Position numbers and translations under genes: made by a program
Assembly: GCF_963921235.1 (NCBI RefSeq)
Contig: NC_086097.1
Span: forward strand, 112,656,001-112,720,000
DNA: 64,000 bases
Direction of reading: 5' to 3'
Source: Mobula hypostoma
Lineage: Eukaryota
The notes under the pieces: model-generated
Seen by the model: only the letters and a program-made list of their open reading frames with translations
The model's database searches: none
Told to the model about the DNA's origin: nothing
Shown: positions 12,301 through 26,114 of the stretch, one piece after another
Layout of the letters: each line of letters starts with the position of its first letter
How positions within the stretch are numbered: position 1 is the stretch's first letter

Positions 12301-13029
12301 GTCATACAGTACATATACTCCTGCCGAAATGAGAATGTCTACACATGATGTATGTGCACAAATTGTTTGGTGTGGCACTAGTCAGGCTTGGAAGCCTATA
12401 TGAACTGCCAGCAACCAGGAGGAGTCCAGCTCCAACATTGATCATGATGTTTTCCAGGAGCCTATCCTTTCTTGTACTTTACTTTTCTATGTTCCATAGT
12501 CTACATCAGGCACCATTGCTTTGGACTTTACAGAATTCAAACACCGTGGCCATAACTTCATGCATTTCTTATTTGGATACTTGAAAAAAACCACCCAATT
12601 GGACTAGGAATGAGAGGTGTTAGAGTGAGATGAAGAAGAAGGCACAACATCACAATATCAGTCTGGACTGTACAAGTGTGAGGGAAAGGGGAGGTCAAGT
12701 GACAGCTCCCTGGAAGCTGAGGTTACTTATCAGATCTGCTCAAGGGGATCAATGAATACTTGGACATCTTGATCTGCCTGAAAACCTACATACATGTCAA
12801 GGAGCATTGTGGAGTCCAGCTTCAAACTAACAAAGTCTAAAGCTCATTCTTTCCAGCATAGGAAAGAGACTGGCAAATCATTAATCCTCATGGCACTAAA
12901 AGTTGGGCATTGTCCAGCAGCAGAGGTCACAACTCCTCTGAACTACAGGCAGAACTCAGAGACATATACTGAGTACCTTCTGATGTCTAAGTTCAACTCA
13001 TTGCCAGCTACTTCAGACAGAGGCTATTG

Positions 13030-13225
13030 TGAGCATCACAACATCTATGGAGGTATATCAACAGTCAGCATTTCAGACTGAGACCCTTCAACAGGTCAGG
13101 TTAGTTCCTAATGAAAGGTCTTAGCCGAAAACATCAATTTTCATTTCACTCCATAGATGCTGCCTGATCTCCAACATTCTGCATGTATTGCTCAAGAGTT
13201 CCAGCATCTGCAGAATCTCTTGTGA
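13030..13225. mobile_element. Old PLE pLTR inverted pair with two decayed hammerhead motifs
   Basis: Minus arm acagtcagcatttcagactgagacccttcaacagg. Plus arm cctaatgaaaggtcttagccgaaaacatc...ccagcatctgcagaatctc. Confidence 0.7.
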
Positions 13226-13759
13226 CTCCATTTAGCTGCTATCATGACTATGAGCTATTCTGTTGCAAGTAGCTTTCGGCCTGTGATGAGACTCCTGGAG
13301 CTACTCTCCTGAAGAGGTTCTAGGCTCACACACACACACACCCCATCCCAGGACAGAGTCCTTACTGACCCTTCATTGCCGAGCAGAGCAGCGAGCTGAA
13401 CTGGTCCATCCTCTATTTTGGGCCACGACACCTTGACCTTTTCAATCTGGTCTAGTGCCTAAATCTTTGTCCAAAGATTGGGTTCAGTTGCTTCGGTACA
13501 CCCAGGGGCCTGGACCCTGCTGCCTCGATTTGGCCTGTACCTGACCTTTCCAATACTCGCTGGTATGTTAAAACTCATGATGACAAAATGAAGTCTGAAG
13601 TCAGGCTATATGGACCCATAGGTTTAAATATTAATCCTCAAATACACTTCTAATCTCCCCTTTAACAAATCAAGTATCCACCAGGTTTGCTTAGACACTG
13701 GAGGAGCAGCATGTGTGCAGGACAGGGAAGTAAGATAGATATAGCACCAAGTCTATCTA

Positions 13760-14030
13760 AAGATTAGCTTTATTTGTCATATGTTCATCAAAACATGAAG
13801 TGAAAAGCATTGTTTACATCAAATCAAACCAGCAGAGTTTTGCAGGGCACCCACTTGCAGTGCTGATATAGCATGCCCACAACTCAGTAACCATGACTGT
13901 ACATCTCTGGAATGTGGGAGGAAACCTACAGGGACAATGTACAAGCTCCTTACAGACAGCAGCGGGAATCGAACCCTGACCTTATAGCTAGTGCTAAAAA
14001 GTGTAGCACTAACTGCTGCACTACTGCACC
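13760..14030 (-). mobile_element. tRNA-derived V-SINE with Rex-like tail
   Basis: Minus strand has a B box (gggttcgattcc), a V-domain fragment and the tail gacaaataaagctaatctt. Confidence 0.75.
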
Positions 14031-14884
14031 ACCAGGATTTATCTGTGCATCAAGTACATTTATATTCCACTCTTCTCATTATCACGCAGTGTCAATTGTC
14101 ACTGGACTACAGCATCTGTTGCTTGTCCTTAATTGCTTTTGAGGAGCTACCTTCCTGACACACAATGATGTTTCCAGTATTGAAACTGATTTTTTTTGTT
14201 ACTTGAATAACTATGACACTTTGTCATAAAAGTTGCATGCTTTATCATACTGTCATATTATTGAATTCCTATAAAAAAAGCAAAACTTTCAAACTAAACA
14301 GGGACCTTAACTTATGGCTCACAAAATGTTCTTTTCCTCTGTGCTGATGACAGATTAGTACCTGGAGGAGTTGTCCAAGTGCTCATGAGTTGATTGCTGC
14401 CAATGATTTTAATTAATGCAAGTACGGCTTATGGATCGGACAGGCCACTTATGCAGAACAAACCCTTCATAACACATGATGCACGCTTCACCATAAATTA
14501 CAAAGGAGAAACAGCTGTGAACCAGCTTAGAATAAGTGCACTTTAACTTAAAAAGCATGTCCATCAGCATACTACCTTTCAGAGTTTGCAATATGGCTGT
14601 TTTCTTATATAAATTAAAGTTTTCAGGCAAATGAATTACCTGCTTATATATCTCTTTTTTTCCAATATATATTATTTATTTCAAGTTTGAGTTGATGACT
14701 TTTCTCTAAAATTCACTATCTAGATCGAATTATTATGCCTGATGCAACTTAATTTTCATCAAACTATTTCAATAGTATTATCTCAACTCAAATGAATCAA
14801 CAGGAAATAATCAAGAAGCCAGTTATATAAAAAAAATGTCTTTGGTGACATACCAAATTTCTTCAAGCTCCAAATTCTGTGGAG

Positions 14885-15340
14885 AGCAGTTTAACACGTT
14901 GCATTGTGAGAGTGGGCTACTACTCAGGATCGAGATAAGCTACAGAGAGTTGTAAACTCAGTCAGCTCCATCATGGGCACCAGCCTCCATTAGTATCCAG
15001 GATAGCTTCAAGGAGCGGTGTCTCAAAAAGGCAGCATCCATCATGAAGGACCCCATGACCCAGGACATGCCTTGTTCTCATTTCTACCATCAGGACAGAG
15101 GTACAGAAGCCTGAAGGCGCACACTCAATGAATCAGGAATAGCATCCTTCCCTCTGCCATTTGATTTCTGAATGGACATTGAACCCAGAAACACTACCTC
15201 ATTACTTTTTTATTTCTATTTTTGCACTATTTACTATAATTCACTGTTTTTTTTACTATTATTATGAATTGCATTGTACTACTGCCACAAAGACAACAAA
15301 TTTCATGACATTTGTTGGTGACATTAAACTTGATTCTGAA
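14885..15340 (+). mobile_element. Rex1/Babar 3' end
   Basis: Homologous to 3810-4230 plus 4861-4926. Confidence 0.8.
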
Positions 15341-15724
15341 ATATGTCAGCTACCTCACAATCTTCCCAGATTTTGCCATTGCTTGCTGTACTATGACCAG
15401 CTGTGTGTTCTGAAAGACAAGCTGTTTATTTTGTACAGATTTTTCCTTTCACCTTACTTTTTTCACTCTTGACAAGCCGGATAGCTTAACAATCTGGCCT
15501 ATTAGCATCTTCAAATGATTGATCCAATACGTCATATACAGGAATAGACCCGTGCTCTGATAGTACGAGGTAGAAGCACACCATAACAATCATGGCCGTT
15601 TTACTAAATTATTTGCATCCTGCATTTTCTAATTTCTCTTCCCCAATTCTGTTTTGGATAGTTTCACTATGAAACAACACACTTGGATTTACAGCCACAT
15701 AAGAATATCTGGCTAAGCTATCCT

Positions 15725-15930
15725 TAATCAGAGGGAGGTGAATCTGCGGAATTGCTGCCGTCAACTGCGGAGGCCAAGTCACTGGGTACATTTAATGTGG
15801 AGGTTGATAGGTTCTTGATTAGGAAGGGCATCAAAGGTTACAGGGCAGAAGGCAGGAGAGTGGGGTTGAGAGGGATATTAATGGTGGAGCAGACCTAATG
15901 GGCCGAATAGCCCAATCTGTTCCTATGTCG
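15725..15930 (+). mobile_element. CR1 3' end
   Basis: gtgaatctg.ggaatt...gaggccaagtca... and the terminal gggccgaa..gcc motif, as in 25890-26110. Confidence 0.8.
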
Positions 15931-16039
15931 GTAGCTGATAAACTTTTATTGCTCATATTGTTCAGATGATAATAGATTTAAGACCAACATAGAAATTTAA
16001 ACACTAAAATCGAGTCCAATGTTGAGGGGAAGCTGCATT

Positions 16040-16442
16040 GTGTGAACATTGATTTCTCTAACTTCCGTTAATGCCTCTCCTCCCCTTCTTACCCCATCCC
16101 TAATTTATTATTTATTTATAAATTTTCTCTCTTTCCCTCTCACAATAACTCCTTGTCTGTTCTCCATCTTTCTCTTGTGCTCCCTTCCCCCTTTGTTTCT
16201 TCCCAGGCCTTCCGTCCCATGATACTCCTTTCTCCAGCCTTGTATCCCTTTTGCCAATCAACTTCCCAGCTCATGGCTTCATCCTCCCCCTCCTGTCTTC
16301 TCCTATCATTTCGGGTCTCCCACTCCCCCTCCCACTTTCAAATCTGTTACTATCTCTTTTTTCCGTTAGTCCTGACGAAGGGTCTCGACCTGAAACATTG
16401 ACTGTACTTCTTCCTGCGTTCCACCAGCATTTTGTGTGTGTC
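16040..16442 (+). mobile_element. Solo PLE pLTR with hammerhead motif at 16368-16403
   Basis: agtc-CTGACGA-agg(gtctcga)cct-GAAA-catt-gact. Body homologous to 55403-55815. Confidence 0.85.
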
Positions 16443-16541
16443 TTCTTTCAAAATTTAACTTTGCAAGAACATTATCATTATCATGCTCTTGGTTGAAGGA
16501 GCTTTCTGCATGCAAATTGGCTGTTATAACACTCTCTATAC

Positions 16542-18028
16542 CAGGGGTCGGCAGCTTTTTTGCCTCTGTGGGCCGGATCGTGTATTAATGAGTGGATAGT
16601 GGGCCAGATAAATGCCATAAGAAACTTGAAATATGAGAATTATCCATTTCAATACATCTAGTTATGTTTTGCCTCAAATTAATGAATAACGCATGCTAGA
16701 AAATCATTTGTGCTTAATCAAGGTGCCGATTAGTAATCAAAGAACTCAGTTTAGTTGCAATTTATTTCAATCAAGGCATTTTCTGAATCTATTACAAGGA
16801 CACAAAGAATCTTTAAACATAAAACGTATGAACATGATGCATTGAATGGTGGTAAATTAAGTATAATAAAAAAGAAAATTTTGATGCAAACAGTTGATAA
16901 ATCACTGTGAAACTTGATGCTGTTTGTTGCTTGAAAGCTTCTCAATATTGGGTGTCAGACTTGTTGATGCCAAGAGCAAGACATTATCCAGATGGACATC
17001 AGTCAATCTTGTTCTCAAATGGTTCTTGGAGTGCTCACACAGATAAGTGCTGCCAAACAATGATGCCATCTTTTTTGCATGGTCCACTAAGTTAGGATAC
17101 TTCCCCTTAAACAACTTTTAACATCTGCTGACGTTTCTTCAACTCGCCGAGTGATCATTCTTGCTGACAGGCTGATACTGCAGATGCAAATAAAGATTTC
17201 TTTTCAGGACAAACAATATCCACCACTGCCAGTAAACATTCTTTGACAAACTCTCCATTTGTAAAAGACTTCATCTTTTCTGCAATGCGTTTTGAGACTT
17301 CGTAGCTGGCATGGGAATTTCCTTCATTTTTACTGCTTTTCTTGGCAAAAAATGATATTTGTTTTCCAAAACTAGCCTTCATTCGCTTAACTTCATCTTT
17401 CCTTGCTTGCCCAGTAAACTTGTTAAAATTTCCACTATGGCGGGTCTCGTAATGTCGCCTGATATTTGCTACCTTCTTCAAAGCAACATTTTCTAGGCAA
17501 ATGAGGCAAATTGGTTTCCCAGCTTACTCGATGAAGAAGTAATCTAGTGTCCAAGTGTCTTGGAAATTTCGGCATTCAGAGTCTACCTTCCTACGTTTTG
17601 CATTTATTGCCATTGGAATTTTTTTCTTCAATTTCATTTTGAAACGCGAGTTATTCAACAAGCATCATAGCACATGTAAATATCTGTATATTTAGCATGG
17701 ATTTCTTGTTAAAACACTGTGACGCTGTTTCTGTTTACAATTTGAACGATCCCATCTGAAAACCTGTGCGTGCACGGAGAGTATCTAATACATATTAATA
17801 AGGTAGTCTGCCTTCTCGTCATTCGTATATACCAGTGTTTGGTTTGGAACAAAACGGAACCTGGGGCCAGTGTAACAAGACGCCATGCATGTCCATCAGT
17901 GCGGTCATGTGAAACCCTCAGAATAAGGAAAAATCGCTTGCGGGCCGGATAAACATAGTATCCCAATATTTGCTCATGGGCTGGTCAAAATACCTTCGCG
18001 GGCCGGATCCGTAGATTGCCTATCTCTT
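16542..18028 (-). mobile_element. Internally deleted hAT (Charlie/SPIN, GTF2IRD2-like) DNA transposon
   Basis: Perfect 8-bp TSD ctctatac (16534-16541/18029-18036). Left TIR caggggtcggca; right TIR matches 8/12. Subterminal gggccgga repeats. Confidence 0.92.
16902..17637 (-). pseudogene. hAT transposase remnant: N-terminal C2H2/BED-like finger joined to the C-terminal dimerization domain
   Basis: KRRKVDSECRNFQDTWTLDYFFIE*AGKPICLIC..NIRRHYETRH..GEFVKECL, then KYPNL..SLFGSTYLCE..RTRLTD. The catalytic middle is missing. Confidence 0.9.
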
Positions 18029-18579
18029 CTCTATACTTTGAAATATTTCATTTATTATAAAGCATTCAGAGCTATCTGAGGGGTATTTTATTAGTACAAC
18101 CCTCTTCCTTCCTTTTGTTTGTCAATTTTTATAGTACGCCAAAATGAACAAACTAAGCTTTGACTTCCCCTAATATAGCCAAGGACGTTTGTTTTCTCTG
18201 CATAGATGGACGAATTCAAATGATCAACCAGCACTTTGATTCTGGGACAAGAATGACTGAATCCCACAGGAACACCAATGAAAGTGATGATGAAACTTCA
18301 GTAAAAACCCAACTGATTCATTAATGTCCTTCATTTGCAGTCCTTATCTGTTTAGATTCAAACGTGATTCCAATTCCAAATCATATTGTTGAATATTAAT
18401 TGCATAGGAACTGACTCAATTGTATCAATCTGTTGCAGTGAATTGAGAACACTTGATTAAATAGATTTCAATGCTTTTACAGGAAACTTGCAGCAGACAT
18501 AAAGGGCGCCCCTAAAAATGATACCCACAAACACTACCCTTTCTGAGCCACACATTCCTTCTACTCTGCTCAAGCAACC

Positions 18580-18734
18580 ATATGTTACGGCGGTGGTGTG
18601 CAGAAGGGCATTTCTGAATGTGCAATACGTCAGGCCCTGAAGTGGATGGGCTACAGCAGTGGAAGACCACGAATATACACTCAGTGGTCACTTTATTAGA
18701 TACAGGAGGTACCTAGTAAAGTAGCCACTAAGTG
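18580..18734 (+). mobile_element. Tc1-like element 3' fragment
   Basis: Homologous to 5490-5642, including the 57-bp terminal hairpin. Confidence 0.85.
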
Positions 18735-18779
18735 CACGTAGATGACTCTTAACTACCTTATGAAGTCTCCTTCCAGTTA

Positions 18780-19145
18780 TATATGGCAATGATCAGACCA
18801 TACTTGGAGTTTTGTGAGTCCTTTTGAGCCCCTTATCTAAGCAAGAATGTGCTGGCATTGGAGAGGATCCAGAGGACATTCACGAGAATGATTTCAGGAA
18901 TGAAAGCGTCAATGTATGAGGAGCATTTGACGGCTCTGAGTCTGTATTCATTGGAAACTAGAAGAATGAGAGGAGATCCCATTGAAACCTATTGAATATT
19001 GAAAGGCCTAAGTAGAGTGGCTGTGGAGAGGATGTTTCACAGAGTGGGGGAATCTAGGACCAGGGGCACAGCCTTAGAATAGAACAATGATGAGGAAAAA
19101 TTTAGACAGAGATGAGGAAAATTAATTTAGCTCGAGACGGTAGAC
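18780..19145 (+). mobile_element. CR1 ORF2 C-terminal fragment
   Basis: Homologous to 25530-25900. Confidence 0.85.
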
Positions 19146-19509
19146 TGCAGCTAATAGTGGCATATCCCTCCAGTGCTATTGATTGTTTTTCTGCAAGGGA
19201 GGGAGGGGAAACTTGGGAAGGAGAGAGTTGGCAGGGAGGGAAGAGAGAGTCGGCAGGGAGGTGAGAGACAGGAGGGATGAGAGATGGGAGGGCTAGTAGA
19301 TTCCCATGTAGTCCCATACAATAGTACAAATGTCAATCGGGTTCCCAACTCTCGGGCTGTAAGATCTCTCCATTGAGCAGCGTTGGGTAAACTAACAGTG
19401 GCAATAAAATCACTGGAAAGAAATGGCTAGCAGAGAACTGTTAATAGACATCTTTACATGTCTAAATGTTTTAAGTGAGTGTCTTTTTAATGTTTGAGAA
19501 TGTAAAATA

Positions 19510-20078
19510 CACTAAGTGGCCACCATATAAGGTATCTCCTGTAGCTATTAAAGTGGCCACTGAATGAATGTTTGCGGTCTTCTCCTATTGCAGCCCATCT
19601 ACTTCAAAGTTCAATGTGTTGCGTGTTCAGAGGTGCTCTTCTGCACACCACTGTTGTAACATGTGGTTACTTGAGTTACTGTCACCTTCCTCTCAGCTTG
19701 AACCAGTCTGGCCATTCTCCTTTGACCACTCTCATTCACAAGGCATTTTCAGTCACAGAACTGCCGCTCACTGGATTTTTTTTTAATATTCACACCATTT
19801 TCTGTGAACTCTAGAGACTGTGTCCAAAAAATCCCAGGAGATCAGCAGTTTTTGAGATACTCAAACCACCCCATCTGGCATGAATAGTTATTCTATAATC
19901 AAAATTACTTAAATCACAATTTTTTCCCCATTCTGATGTTTGTTCTGAACAACAACTGAACCTCTTGACCATGTCTGCATGCTTTTATGCATTGAGTTGT
20001 TGCCACAAGATTGACTGATTAGATGTTTGCATTAACAAGCAAATGCGCAGGTGTACCTAATAAAGTGACCACTGAGTA
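19510..20078 (-). mobile_element. Complete non-autonomous Tc1-like element (~570 bp)
   Basis: Both TIRs present and flanked by TA. Contains the transposase N-terminal relic. Confidence 0.9.
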
Positions 20079-21380
20079 TATAATTTTAAAATATTTAAAT
20101 TCAGGATAAGAGGTGGGAAGGCACGAGGTTTCAGTAGCTATCAGAGAGAGTCAGTAAATTCAACCAAGCACTGAACCTGGTCTGGACCATGCTGGCATTC
20201 CAGAAAATGGCTTTCAAGTGTCATTCTTAGGGCCATTGGGTCTTTCCCCACGATGCCAGTCAGACAGTTTATTGAAAGGACAATCACAAATGAAGATTAA
20301 AATAGCTTTGGTCATATATACTCCAATTACATGATAGACAGAACTGAGTTAAGGGAATCACTTACAAAAAGATCTGAAATAATTGTAAAATTTATGTCCT
20401 CCTGACAGTCACCCAGGTACCTGCTCCCTGCAATTTAGGGAAGACTAACTACCTGCAGCTCCTATCTATCACCTCCTTAGTTTCTCATATTCTCTGAGAA
20501 GCTGACTGCAACTCATTTGTGTCTCTGTCTGAGTTTTCCATTGAAACAGCGATTTCAACTGCTCTTTTAAATGTGAACTATGCTTCAGTTTGAAGCCATT
20601 TTTGATACTCTTTTTGTAAGATTTCACAAGCTAAACGATCTCTCAAAGTATCCTTAAGCACATCACTGAACTAACAATGCTTAGACAATTTCTTCAATTC
20701 AGCCATGTAAGCTGAAAAGGACTCCCCTTCCTTTTGATTCCACTTATGAAACAAAGCAATCTGCAATTAACATTGTTTATTTACTGTTTTAGATCAATGT
20801 TGCTCATTCACTTTACTAAAAAATGTTGAATTAATGTAATTTTATAATCAAGCTAACTTAAAACATGAATAAAAACATAATTTCCCATTGCTGATGTGAA
20901 TAATGTTACAGATATCTATTAGAAGCAAAATCCATTCAAAACAAAGTATATTTTTATGACTGATGAAATTTTCACCCTTTAAGTTATATGAAGACAAACA
21001 GAATGAAGATGTTTCAACATCATAAACTTCACAAGTTCAGTATTGTGTGTTGTACTTTTATCAAATTACAGCATTCATCACATGGTTCAGGTGTTTTTCA
21101 AGATCATTATCGTTATCTGTCACAAGGTTAACAAAATCTGCCTCAAGGAAATCCATACTGCATGAATAGCTTATGGTAAACTGAAACATAGCAAAAATTG
21201 CTGTAAGTACTCTGTAAGTGGTAATTGTGGAGAGAGAAAATGATTAACGGCTCCAGGTCAATATGCCTTCATCATTTCTGAAGAAAGGTCATGAATCTGA
21301 AACATAAACTCTTGTTTCTCTTTCCTGGTGAATACTTACTACATTATATGTTTCATTGTAAAGACTGATATTTGTTTCTT

Positions 21381-21691
21381 TATTTCGGCATGTCTGCGTG
21401 CGTGCGTGTCTGTGCGTGTGCGTCTGTGTGTCTGTGCATGCGTCCGTGATGATGTCTTTTTCATGGTTTTTACAAGGCGTGGAGCGAGAGAGAGACGGTG
21501 TGGGGCGCCACTCCTCACACGGACATTTTGCAGTATTTTCCCTTTATTTTACGAGGTCGAGTTGCGATCTTGACACTCAACCCGGCACGGATGGACAGCG
21601 TACTCAGGGGGCGGACCCGACTAGTTTCGAACCTGGGAACCTCAGTTCCAGAGTCTGGCACCGATGTCGTTGTGCCACCAGCCGGCCCAAA
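21381..21691 (-). mobile_element. Young tRNA-derived SINE
   Basis: 15-bp TSD tgatatttgtttctt (21366-21380/21692-21706). Minus strand has an A-box-like tggcacaacg and B box ggttcgaaac. CpG-rich, with a CA/CG-rich tail. Confidence 0.85.
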
Positions 21692-22959
21692 TGATATTTG
21701 TTTCTTCATTATTGGCAGATTTGAATTCAAATTGATTGCATAGTCGAATGCCCGATGTCCATAGCAACACCTCAGCAATGCACACTTTATCCCCTAATTG
21801 TTGTGATTCTATATCGGTAGGCAATATTAAAATGGTGCAAAGCAACTCTTTCTTAACCAATTACTTATGATAAAGTCTTTAATAGCTACTACATGTGCAA
21901 TCCAAAAGTGATGATAATAGTTTATAAATTACTGATGCTAATAATGATTAAGACTTAGTCCATGATCCTATACAGTATACTTTTAGTGTCATGGATTAGG
22001 TTTTAGTCAGAAGGTGGTACTGCAAAATGGAATTTCCAAATACAATGATATTTTCTGGGCTACATCATTCAGTATCACTTACAGTTGGTCCAGTATGTAT
22101 ACTTTACAGTTGGTGTTACTGTGTTCAGAACTTCTGAGTGTGGAGATTGATGCTGGGTGATCTCTAGAGTTTGGTCTGGTTCAAATCTAGGCTCCAGATT
22201 CCAAAACCAACCTCTCTCACCAAATCTATCTTCCACACCCTATTTTTATCCTCCTTCTACTCAAAAGTGGAAGTTCTTAAAGATCATAATGGAAGGAATG
22301 TTTAGCTTTCTTTGCATACCTTGTCTCATTACTGATTGGCTGGAGATCCATAATATAACGAGTTTAACAAGATGATACTATTAAATGAGACACAGTGCAG
22401 GAGACTAAAGCCCGACTGATAACATCACAGAATGCTATTTCCATATTCTCTTTATCCAACTCACCAAGAAAACTCTGCATGCTATCATGATAATTATAAT
22501 GGATTGCAAACCCAGTCAACGACTTCCATCAAAGAACAAATGTCAGCTACCTGAGCCAGCTCCTGTTAACCACGTACATGTGCAATTATAATGTTTTGAT
22601 TTTTCAATTCTAGTTGAAGCAAATAACTTTTCAAAAGACAACATTGAACAGAAATTACAGCAGGTTATAATTTTGGACAAGTTCTTTAGCATTGCCTTTC
22701 CTCTGCAATGGAGTGTTAAAAGGAACAAAATTCAAACAAATTTCTCGTAAGTTATGATGTTGTTGATATAATTATAATACAAATACTAAGCCTCTACTAC
22801 TTCAGTATAGTGACTAATATCTTTATTTTATCATCACAATGTTGGGGTATTCAATTCCTGCTCCTGTCTTCCAAAAAAACTTCATTAGATAGAACATCAA
22901 CAATTTACTTCCTGTAATAGATAGTTAAGAAGAACAATACCTCATGGAACTCAAGAAAT

Positions 22960-23810
22960 TCAATTCAATTAATTTATTTTCCATGAGGAACTTCATTTGT
23001 GCAGTGGTAAGGACAACCTCACAGAGCTTAAGATACACAACACCACACTACATATTGTTAAACTCAATATAAAATACTCACAATAGATAATAAATACTAA
23101 AAATTAATGCATTTAATTTAAAATACAAATACACATAATAAAACTGACTGTCAAAGGTGCTATGCACACTATATATTCAAAATTGTGTGTTGAGGAGGCA
23201 AATGAAGGAAGGCACAAAACTGGATAAGGCTCTTCTGGTGCTGATGGGCAGGGACCTGTAACGGCATCCAGATGGAATGAGAGTGTAGTATGTGTGAAGT
23301 GTATGTGTAATGTCCTCTACTAATTGTTGGACCTTCTTTATTGTCCATCTCTTATGGATGCTGCTGAGTGATTCCCGTTCCTGGCCAATAACTTTACTAC
23401 TTATTCTGTGGAGTGGGCTGAGGTTGATGGTGCTCATTGGTCCAAACCATGCCGTGATGTTGTAGGTTCATATTGATTCAATAAAGCGTTTATAAAATGT
23501 TTGGAGAATTGATGGCTAGACCTGAAGTCTCTGCATCTTCCTAAGGAAAAATAGCCATTGTTGGCACTTGAAGAGTAGCAACCTAATATTGGTCTTCAAG
23601 GTGATTTTGTTATCTATAGTTGTGCCAAGGTACTTGTATTCTTCTGCACACTCTATCCACTGGCCACTTATTTCCAGGGTCGGGATGGTGTACTGTTGTT
23701 TTCTAAAGTCCACCACCATTTCCTTAGTTAAACTGGGGTTTAGGCCCAGATAGTTGCTTGTGCACCATCCAGCAAATTTATTGATTTCCTCATTGATACA
23801 ATCCAGAAAA
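22960..23810 (-). mobile_element. Divergent Rex1/Babar-type LINE 3' part
   Basis: WC..NYLGLN...TKEMVVDFRK...EYKYLG...QQWLFFLRKM. Tail aataaattaattgaattgaa on the minus strand. Confidence 0.8.
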
Positions 23811-24619
23811 AGGAAGGTCATTTTATTCCTGCAACCAAACTCTGACAAGGATGACCCTCAGCAAAACCTTTGACTGTTGTCACAGGCCGTATCAACATTA
23901 TTCCTTAAACTAAGAGGAGTAAAGTCTGAGGCCCGAAATGCAGTCATTATAAATAGATTGCTTTGTTTACATATTCCTTGAAATACATCTTGCAGGACCG
24001 GATGGATTGGAATTTCAGACATCACTACTTGATATTACAAGAGGTGATGTACTTTTCAGTGCCAGAAACCTCTTCACTTATGTGATTAGGCATACTGCTG
24101 TTACACATGATGAAATGAGGAGGTTTTAAAGTATGCTACATATGATAAAATTATATAGATGAGGTGTGAAAGCACAATTTTTAACTTGAGTCTAGTGGCT
24201 TAAAACGGACTGAGCCTCATACTCAAGATTAGTGATTGTGTCTGACCTTCACCTCAAACAATTTAACATACACAGCATTTTACTGAGCTCTGCACTGAAC
24301 TGTGACTGAGACTGTGGCCTGCTCCAGGTATCATGTCTTATGCACTCACCTTTGCTCTGAATGTTATTTGCTTACTTTTATTGTTTGCATTATTTTCCTT
24401 CTTTGCACATTGGGTGCTTAATGGTCTTTGTACAGGGGCTCATTCGAGTTTCTTTATTGTATGGCTGCTTGTAAGGAGATGAACCTCAAGGCAGTATGAA
24501 GTATACATAGTTGGATAATAAATGTACTTTGAACTTTCAATGTATATTATAAAAACAACAACTTATTGAATCTCTTGTATACTGTGTATTGAAGAGAAAT
24601 GTAATTTCACTGATAATAC

Positions 24620-25150
24620 TGTAACGACCTGGGAATATAATGGTTTCTCTGTAGCACAGTGTTTGGGTTATGACTAGAGATAACCAGCGCTTTGGAATGT
24701 ACGCTGGCCAATGAGGAGAGATGCTTTTCTTTCTTGTATGCACGAGAGAAGGTTTTGCAGACTTTTGTTTGGCAGAAAATGGAGAGAAGATGCCAGAACA
24801 GGGAAGTAGTAGACTGCAGGACGGAGTAGACTTGGAATGGGGTCAGGAGTCGATGTCCGGGGAGAAATTGATGGAGAATGAACAGTGAGCTCCAACATTA
24901 CGCATTAGACTTTTTCATGAGAATAGGCCCTTTTTCCTTTTTTGTTTTCTTTACTAACCCTATAGTCTAATTAAGAATTATAAAGCTCAATCATTTAATT
25001 GCATATTGTGTACTGTTTGTTATTTCGTGGTACTGATTTGTAACAGGGGAACACATCACGCAGCATCCACCCAAGGAAGAATCCTTAAATTTGGCTGGGC
25101 ATGAGGCTGTCTTCCCCTAGATTAAGCTGCTCGCTGAATCTAGGGTTACA
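24620..25150. mobile_element. Solo LTR (Gypsy-like), 531 bp
   Basis: Inverted ends TGTAAC...GTTACA. Flanks atac/atag, a 4-bp TSD with one mismatch. Confidence 0.75.
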
Positions 25151-25496
25151 ATAGTATAATTATAAATTTTTCACTTACTTCATCAAATACCCAATGATTG
25201 GCAGAGTGATCAGAGAGAGTATCTATTCCAAAAATACAAAAAGAAAAGCTTCATTTCTGTAGAACTTTTCAAGGTCTCAGAGGTACCAGACTACTGCAGT
25301 GCCAAAGAGGGTTTCTTAGCTGTGGCCCCTTTTTTAACAGTAACACACAAAGTGAGGCAGGCCATTTACACACAGCAAATTCTCATAATTAAAAATGTCA
25401 CAGTGCTTATTATCTGATTCTGAGATATTGTTTGAGGAATAAACATTGACCAGAACCATGCAAATAAACCCTTCATTCTTCATAAAAATAATATAT

Positions 25497-26114
25497 TTCG
25501 AGTACAGGAGCAGGGAGGTACTACTGCAGTTGTACAAGGCCTTGGTGAGACCACACCTGGAGTATTGTGTGCAGTTTTGGTCCCCTAATCTGAGGAAAGA
25601 CATCTTTGCCATAGAGGGAGTACAAAGAAGGTTCACCAGATTGATTCCTGGGATGGCAGGTCTTTCATATGAAGAAAGACTGGATGAACTGGGCTTGTAC
25701 TCGTTGGAATTTAGAAGATTGAGGGGGGATCTGATTGAAACGTATAAGATCCTAAAGGGATTGGACAGGCTAGATGCGGGAAGATTGTTCCCGATGTTGG
25801 GGAGGTCCAGAACGAGGGGTCACAGTTTGAGGATAGAGGGGAAGCCTTTTAGGACCGAGATTAGGAAAAACTTCTTCACACAGAAAGTGGTGAATCTGTG
25901 GAATTCTCTGCCACAGCAAACTGTTGAGGCCAGTTCATTAGCTATGTTTAAAAGGAAGTTAGATATGGCCCTTGTGGCTACAGGGGTCAGGGGGTATGGA
26001 GGGAAGGCTGGGTTCTGAGTTGGATGATCAGCCATGATCATAATAAATGGCGGTGCAGGCTCGAAGGGCCGAATGGCCTACTCCTGCACCTATTTTCTAT
26101 GTTTCTATGTTTCT
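25497..26114 (+). mobile_element. Young CR1 3' end
   Basis: Open ORF2 C-terminus (LYKALVRPHLEYCVQFWSP...RTRGHSL). (tttctatg)n tail. Near-identical to 59296-59915. Confidence 0.95.

Noticed and set aside
18270..18460. Ancient SINE core
   Set aside because: Resemblance is from memory only and the sequence is too decayed to name.
21600..21690. tRNA gene (also 13960-14030 and 27802-27870)
   Set aside because: Only SINE heads with A/B boxes; no complete cloverleaf.
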